Source: Guillardia theta CCMP2712
Taxonomy: Eukaryota > Protista > Cryptophyta
Length of the DNA stretch: 64,000 bases
Direction: 5' to 3'
Assembly (NCBI RefSeq): GCF_000315625.1
Contig: NW_005434559.1
Coordinates: 113,238 to 177,237, forward strand
Below, piece after piece: positions 57,881-64,000 of the stretch. How positions within the stretch are numbered: the stretch's first letter is position 1; each line of letters begins with the position of its first letter. The position numbers and the translations under genes are program-made. Under the pieces are notes generated by a model. The model saw only the letters and a program-made list of their open reading frames with translations, was not told where the DNA came from and ran no database searches.

Positions 57881-59566
57881 TTATCTTGACATAATGCTGT
57901 CGGACCTACGGGTGAATGAAGAGCCCCCTGCTTGGTTCCTCCCCGGTTGACTTGTCTGCTTGCCCTGGCTTGGAGAAGGCTTGGATGGCTGCATGACTTT
58001 CCCGCTCTTAGACTGCGACGTCTCCTTGTCGATCTCTCGGTCTACCAGCAGGTCCCAACGGTCCTGCCTTCTGAACTCTCGCCATGCCCACAAGCAGCCG
58101 AAGCAGATGAAGCCTGCTACCGTGCATGCAAGGATGGTCAGCAGGATGGCAAGGGCCACGAGAAGCCACTGGCCGAAGATGTCGAGGTCAGAGAGGTTAC
58201 AGTCGCTTCCCTTGCATGCATTGCTGTCTCCCGGTAGGTTGGGAACGAACGACCTCGCGGCCAGCCTTGAACTGCTGCTCTTCAAGAGGTTTCCACCTCT
58301 GCTCGCGAGCTGAGAGCCTTTAGCTGAGACCATTCGTCTTCCCACAAGTTTCTCTCGAGGCGCGCGAGCTCTTGTCTGGTTGTTTCGGATGACAATGCTA
58401 ATGGTGCCTGCGGGGGCCTCCTTGAAAATGTTCATGACGCGGTGCTGCGCGTCGAGCACGGCCTGAGACCTTGTGTTCTGCTCGTTGAAGTGAACAGTCT
58501 GATTGATGATCTCCGCCATCCTCCCATCCTCAGACTCAGCAGTCGCGGGAGCAATCTCAGTCTCTCTTCGCCACGGCCTGCCGAACAACCAGCTGAAAGT
58601 GTCAGGGTTCACAATCGCCGCCCTCCCACTGCTGTCAGACATGTTGGCGGTTGCCTTCACGGCATGCGTCAGACTAGATCTCTGGACCTTATTCTCCGTC
58701 TCATTGATCCAAGAACCACGTTCGAACAACAAGTGCACAATGTTCTTGCCATAGGGTCGTGGGATGCCGCCAGGATGGGAGGAAGTGTGATTATGACGAG
58801 CTGCCAGTCTCTGCTGGGGCGAGAGCTTGTTCCACTCCTGCTGGAGGATTCGAACATCCAGCGAGTTGAGCTGCTGATACAAGTGCTCAATGGATCTCTT
58901 CGCTGCCGCTATGGCCCTTGCACTCTCCCCGTTCTCCACCAGGCTAGCGAACTTCTTTGAAAGCTCCGTCCTCCCAGGTGCTGAGGAGACAGGCGTCTTG
59001 CTGCTGCTACGTCGTTGAGCAAGGGTCAATGTTTCACTCGGTCTTGCCCTGCTAGTGATCTCGGAGCTCGCCCGGACCCCGTTAGCAGCAAGGGACTCTT
59101 TGCCGCCTTGAGCCTCATCTCCATCCCCAAGAATGTAAGTGAGCAGCCTTTGAGACAGGTGCGGGTCTTTCAGCGGCTTGCTCCTCCCCCTTCGTGCTCG
59201 ACGATTAGGATCCAGCAACAACCAGGATAAGACATGAACTTGGGAAGCAGACCGGAGGCGCTTTGAAGGAAAGTTGGCAAGAGAACGCGCAGAGTTGGGC
59301 GATTGAGGGAACGAGGAACGTCGAGAAGAAAGCAGGTAATCGATCGGAGACTGCAACAGTGTTTCCTCTCGCCTCTCCTCTGCTCTTGCTCCTCCTTCCT
59401 GTCCTATCAGACCCACCGCAGCGCTGCAGGCAAGCAGGAAAGCTGCTAGAACTGGCAAAATCCATCGACGACACGCAAGATGACGAGGACCTCCACTTCT
59501 CTCTCCCTCCTCTTGACCTCTCATATATTCCCGTCCTCCTCCTCCTCCTCTTCCTCCTCCCTCCAT
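57881..59566 (-). CDS. Hypothetical membrane protein, apparently single exon (N- and C-terminal hydrophobic segments)
   Basis: 561-aa ORF; WILPVLAAFLLACSAAVGLI and WLLVALAILLTILACTVAGFICFGCLW. Confidence 0.7.
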   Translation of the reverse strand: MEGGGRGGGGGREYMRGQEEGERSGGPRHLACRRWILPVLAAFLLACSAAVGLIGQEGGARAEERREETLLQSPIDYLLSSRRSSFPQSPNSARSLANFPSKRLRSASQVHVLSWLLLDPNRRARRGRSKPLKDPHLSQRLLTYILGDGDEAQGGKESLAANGVRASSEITSRARPSETLTLAQRRSSSKTPVSSAPGRTELSKKFASLVENGESARAIAAAKRSIEHLYQQLNSLDVRILQQEWNKLSPQQRLAARHNHTSSHPGGIPRPYGKNIVHLLFERGSWINETENKVQRSSLTHAVKATANMSDSSGRAAIVNPDTFSWLFGRPWRRETEIAPATAESEDGRMAEIINQTVHFNEQNTRSQAVLDAQHRVMNIFKEAPAGTISIVIRNNQTRARAPREKLVGRRMVSAKGSQLASRGGNLLKSSSSRLAARSFVPNLPGDSNACKGSDCNLSDLDIFGQWLLVALAILLTILACTVAGFICFGCLWAWREFRRQDRWDLLVDREIDKETSQSKSGKVMQPSKPSPSQGKQTSQPGRNQAGGSSFTRRSDSIMSR

Positions 59567-59674
59567 GCCTTCACACCCCCCTGCTCATGAAGACTCCGCC
59601 ATGGCGCACCTGGCCCTATTTCCGGTGCGCAGAATGGCTACCTATGCTGTCAGGTGTCGCCTCGTGGACAGATT

Positions 59675-59712
59675 TTAAAAATGGCATTTTAATATAAAAA
59701 TGCCATTTTTAA
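59675..59712. promoter_or_regulatory. Perfect 16-bp inverted repeat in a compact bidirectional promoter
   Basis: ttaaaaatggcatttt-aatata-aaaatgccatttttaa. Confidence 0.75.
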
Positions 59713-59734
59713 TTCGCTGCCTTGCCAACATCTC

Positions 59735-60913
59735 ATGCTCGCTATGATCCGGCATGGAGGGGTCGGGGCGATGAAGTCGGCGGGGATGAAGATGATGGGG
59801 AACATGGCGATGAGACGTTCTCTTCACTCTTGCCCTCGTCTTCTCGCTCCTTCTCTCTCCTCCTCTTCTTCGCCCTTGCTTCTCAAACGTCTCGAGCTCA
59901 GTCCTCCAGCACCCTGGCGAAGGGATGCCGTGAGGCGCTTCTCTCGCAGCTCTGTTGACATCGTTCAATCATCTCGACGGGCTCTCAATGACATTGTCAA
60001 GCTTGACATGATGATGGTGCGCCTTGCTCATTGTCGCTAGAACGCTGAAACCGTTCCACCTAGCAAGAGAACTCTGGGCGGATCATCGAAGTTTGGATGC
60101 AATATCACTCGACAAAGAAGGATGCAGCAGCCTCAGTATTGAGCCGGTGTTTCTCTTTTCTCAAAACCTGTCATGCTCCTCGCTTCTTCCGCCCCCTTCT
60201 CTGCCCTCTCTTCAACATCGTGCCCCCCTTGGATTTCGATCGACGCATCAAGCTTCGTGCTGAACTATGACTGAAACAGCCCGGAATACGACACTTTGAC
60301 GTTCCGCATCAAGAAATGGTCAGGGAACAAACAATCTGACAGGGACTGACATTTCTGACTCCCAGCCCGATTGTCATCCTGCCCGTCCACAGGCCCGAGG
60401 GGTACCAGGCCTTCCTCGTCAAGTTCGACGAGCTGAGGTCTGCCAGCAGGGGAGGAGAGGAAATGAAGTGAAGCATGCTCCAGGGCCTTCGTGACAACTC
60501 TTGAGGAGTACAAGGAGAAGGGAGAGAATGCTGAGCCTGTGCTGGCATGGAGCCTCCACCCAGACATGCTTGAGGTCTGATTTCATACTGAGAGGAGCGG
60601 ACTGAGGAGGGATGTAGGAGAAGGGCATGGCATTGGCCAGAGCTGATTTTGTGGCGTCATGTCTGACCAAGGATGAAGCGAACAAACTGATAGCTGACTT
60701 GACTTACTGCTATGTTGACAGCAAGATGTTCAAAGTAGGTGGGTTGCTACGGGCTGGCAATTGCTGACATATGATGTGCAGGAAGTCATGAAACTAAATC
60801 AGAATCCGACAGAATTTGACTGGTAAGCTCTGGCGTGCGAAGTTGCGGTAGATGACATGAGATTCATCAGGAATGATTTTGTGCAAAAACTAGGCCAGAG
60901 GCACACGCCATAG
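59735..60913 (+). CDS. ATP11: Mitochondrial F1-ATPase assembly factor ATP11/ATPAF1, multi-exon
   Basis: R/S-rich presequence; LNDIVKLD..|..IIEVWMQYH, ILPVHRPEGYQAFLVKF, FVTTLEEYKEKGENAEP, EKGMALARA..LTKDEA, NQNPTEFDW. Confidence 0.88.
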
Positions 60914-61000
60914 ATCGCTATACCTTGATCAACCAACAAAAAATCGCATCTACAGTTTCGTGCCTGCGGGGCCCTAGACTTGAAGAGCTCAAAGGCTTCA

Positions 61001-61144
61001 CTAGTCCTCATCACGGTACTGATCTTCCTTGGAGCACGTGAACCACATGGCCAGCACGTAGCGTGTTCCTCGGGTGACTTCACGCACCTGGTGGCTGTTG
61101 CATGTGTCAAACGATGGGGAGGGGCAAGTGGGACATAAGGGGAG

Positions 61145-61213
<69 letters not shown>

Positions 61214-62540
61214 CTTGGGGCAAGGGCAGGGAGGAGCAGGAACAGCAGGAGCGGAAGAGGGAACAGTAATTACAGGTTTTCTGGTCCGGAAGTGAAGATA
61301 AGAAGTCTTCCCGCTGCAGGCGAGTCAGCATTCGTTAGTTTGGTTCAAGATTACCTCGAGGCTGTACGATCCGATCAGCGTCATCGTCGATGAAGGAGAA
61401 CCTGTCAAGGCGTTACCGCAACAACGTCAGGAGAGGGCACCACGCACTCTCCGCCATGGAAGTCCTTGCCATGCGTGTTCAGGTAGAGTCTGTGAGATAG
61501 GTCAGCACCGGGAAGAGGAGGAGGCAATAAGAAGGGAGGATGGCAAAGAGAGGGGGAACGTGAGAAGATGGGAGAGAAAGAGGGAGAGAGGGAGAGAGCA
61601 TAAGTGGAGGAGCGCTGAACAGAGCAAGGGGGGAATACAAAGCAGAGTAGTCGTAGGTGGGTATGTTGGCTTTGTCCACGTGCGGGTTCCAGTAGACATG
61701 GCCGGGCTCGACATCCCACTCGTCCCGCGGAGGATCGCCCTTGAGCCTGGTGAGCAGGGCACCGCTGTCGTAGATCACCTCCAGCCCGAACTCGCGCATG
61801 ATCCGCAGCTTCACCTTCGCAAGGAAGTACTGAACCAGCAGTCCTCCCTTCACCCCCAGCCGCTCCAGGGAAGACACAGGAGCCAGGCTTGTCGATCCTC
61901 CCTGATGGAACAGGTTCACCATGGCTGCCTCTGTTGCTATCGCGAGGTCCCTCATCTCGTCCGGCTCCCCGAACTCATCCACCACGATCCGGCTGCAGAC
62001 GCCCTGCCGGGCAGTGGAGGGGGTGCACCCTTGTACTATCCCATAGGCGTCTTGATAGAATTTCAGCGCACAGGGGACGTCCCAGGAGATGCTGCTGGAT
62101 GTGACTATGTCTGTGGCGCTGAGCAGCCGAACCTGCGCCTTCCCGTCTCTGTATGCTGTTCGTATCCTGTCAGCCTGAACACGCTGGTACTTGTCCCTGG
62201 TCCGGAGGCTCTCGGGATCCGACGAGTCTTTCCTGAACCTGCTGCTCTTTTGCTGCTGCGAGCTCTTCTGCGAGAGCTCTGTCGCTGCCTTCTCCTTCCC
62301 TCCTCTCCTCGCCCCTTCCCTCGCTGTCGTCCTCCTCCCGTGCGCCTGCAGCAGGTCGCTCCACGCGCCCCACGAGCTCTCTCTCCGGACCTGCGGCTGG
62401 CCGCGGGTTCTTCGGAGCACATCCAGGAGCAGCTCAAGGTCCACGTCCTCATCATCTTCCATGCCTTGAGCCGCTGCGCTCAGGAGGAAGCAGGACAGGG
62501 CCAGTGCGGCCAATACCAACGATACACCCCTAGCCGCCAT
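61001..62540 (-). CDS. Secretory 2OG-Fe(II) oxygenase, OGFOD3-like
   Basis: Signal peptide; CSRIVVD, HVYWNPHVDK..YDYSA|LYLNTHGKDFHGGE, VREVTRGTRYVLAMWFTC. Confidence 0.85.
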
Positions 62541-63674
62541 GTTGTCGCACTGCTGTTTGAAGCACGTACAGACTCAGCCTCTTCCTCTGCTTTTCTTCTT
62601 GGTGCTGCTGATTCGATGAGAACTACCGAGCTAGATCAGCTCTCCTCCTCTCTGCTCCTCCTCGCTCCTCCTCCTCCCCCCCTGCCGCGCCTTCAGCATG
62701 GTACACGTCCGCCCTGTTATTATATGCTTAGATTTTTTATACGGGATAAGAGGCCGTGGTCTCTACCACCCCCTATTTTCATAGTCAACTACCCCCATCT
62801 ATACACCACCCTACCACATAGTTCAAGGAGCGCAGCGGATCATGAAGGCGGCCAAGGTCAGCGACTATGCACACTGCATCAGTCTTCTTCTTCTTCTTCT
62901 CCTCCTCCTCCTCCTCCTCCTCCTCCTCCTCCTCGCTCTTGCCCTCATCTTCCTTCTTGCATGCTCTTCCGACGTTCTCCCCTCGCTTCTTCCTCCACTT
63001 CACCCCTTCTATCCCAACAGTCCATTTGTCCTCCTACGTCCATACATTCGCCGTCGTACTCCCGTCTTGCTGCTTCCTGTCGTCCGTCACTCGACCTTAT
63101 CACCGTTACTCCTGTATGCAGCCAAGACGTCTTTCTCAGTCATCCTCCTCCTACTCTACATTCTACGTGGCACTTGCCAGGCTGACATGATGATGTTGTG
63201 GTCATGTAGAAATTCTTCTTCCTACTTTCCCTCGTGGGATCGGCATCTGCCTTCATGCCGACCTTTGTGCATGGACTGACATCAGAGAGGTGAAGTCTCC
63301 TCTTCCTCTCTCCTCTAGACATTGTCATGACCGCTGCTCTCCTTTGCTCAGAATCTCGTGTGCTTCGAGGTTTGCTCCATCTGTGCAGAAGGTTGGAGAA
63401 GCGATCATTGTTCCGTCTCATGCGTCATTGTGATGAAGAGACGAGAGAGACTAATACATCTCATCACAGCTCAGAGGAGGTTGCAAGGGCAACGTGATGC
63501 CGCAAAGGCTGAGGTGGAGGAGGAACATTGATGTAACGCTATGGCGATGACAGTCCTTGGTATGGCAGGGCACAGATGAAGGATGGCATGCCGCCGGAGG
63601 ACAACTCAAGGTGCTGTTCTCAGCTATGATGCAGCCTTGCGGCGACGCTGACGGTTGGTTGATGAAGAAACTCC

Positions 63675-64000
63675 TTGACTAGGGAGAACGATCAGTTCCA
63701 GATGTTCAAGAGGTTCAAGACCATGGTGAAAGCTGGGGGGAAGGAGGGGTGGAGAGCTCAAGTACCGCAGGCTCTCCTCGCCGTCGTCTCTCTCCTGATC
63801 GCCAACTCTCCAGTGCCCTCAATGGCAGCGGAAGCGGTGCGTCCGGGGAGAAGGAGGGGAGGGAGGCTGTCTGACGTGTCTGCTCCAGCTCTCGCCAGCT
63901 GGGGTGTCAGCTTTGCAGGGGAAGCTGTTGGGGTGAGGAGGAGGAGAGGGAGAGGAAGGAGCTGATGCAGGTAGCAGCGTCCTGCCGAGTGGGTTTGCCG
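63675..64000 (+). CDS. Partial hypothetical gene running off the window
   Basis: Coding-like exon ending ALLAVVSLLIANSPVPSMAAEA|gt and acceptor at ~63970. Confidence 0.35.

Noticed and set aside
61560-63185. 541-aa plus-strand ORF
   Set aside because: Antisense to the OGFOD3-like gene and continues into low-complexity intergenic DNA

Overview
Eukaryotic nuclear DNA: gene-dense, with many short (~45-60 nt) GT-AG introns and other introns inflated by microsatellites. Bipartite signal-peptide+Phe plastid-targeting leaders, eEF3, a selenocysteine thioredoxin reductase and the repeat style point to an alga with a complex red plastid, most like a cryptophyte (Guillardia-like; inference). About 19 protein genes can be reconstructed by manual splicing: an AKT/Shaker-like cNMP-ankyrin channel with a non-GYG pore, intronless eEF3, a FUT8/GT23-TPR-2OG-Fe(II) oxygenase fusion, a SKIP16/FBXO3-like F-box-ApaG protein, a plastid-targeted DegT-family aminotransferase, a secreted GT-like/DUF6165 fusion, MORN, JmjC, Sec-TrxR, a single-domain voltage-gated channel, a plastid RRM-RlmM/FtsJ methyltransferase, a membrane-anchored WbuC-like cupin, RING, ATP11, OGFOD3-like and several hypotheticals. 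Best finds: (1) the TrxR Gly-Cys-Sec-Gly tail sits on its own terminal exon and is followed by a 32-bp hairpin 7 nt after the UGA, a second hairpin and a canonical type II SECIS; (2) genes alternate strand almost perfectly, and the larger head-to-head gaps share a modular GGGGT/AT/GC-rich architecture with dense GTAC clusters; (3) several unusual domain fusions and atypical channel selectivity filters. No rRNA, tRNA, CRISPR or transposase was recognised. Exon boundaries were read by eye, and several start codons are uncertain.
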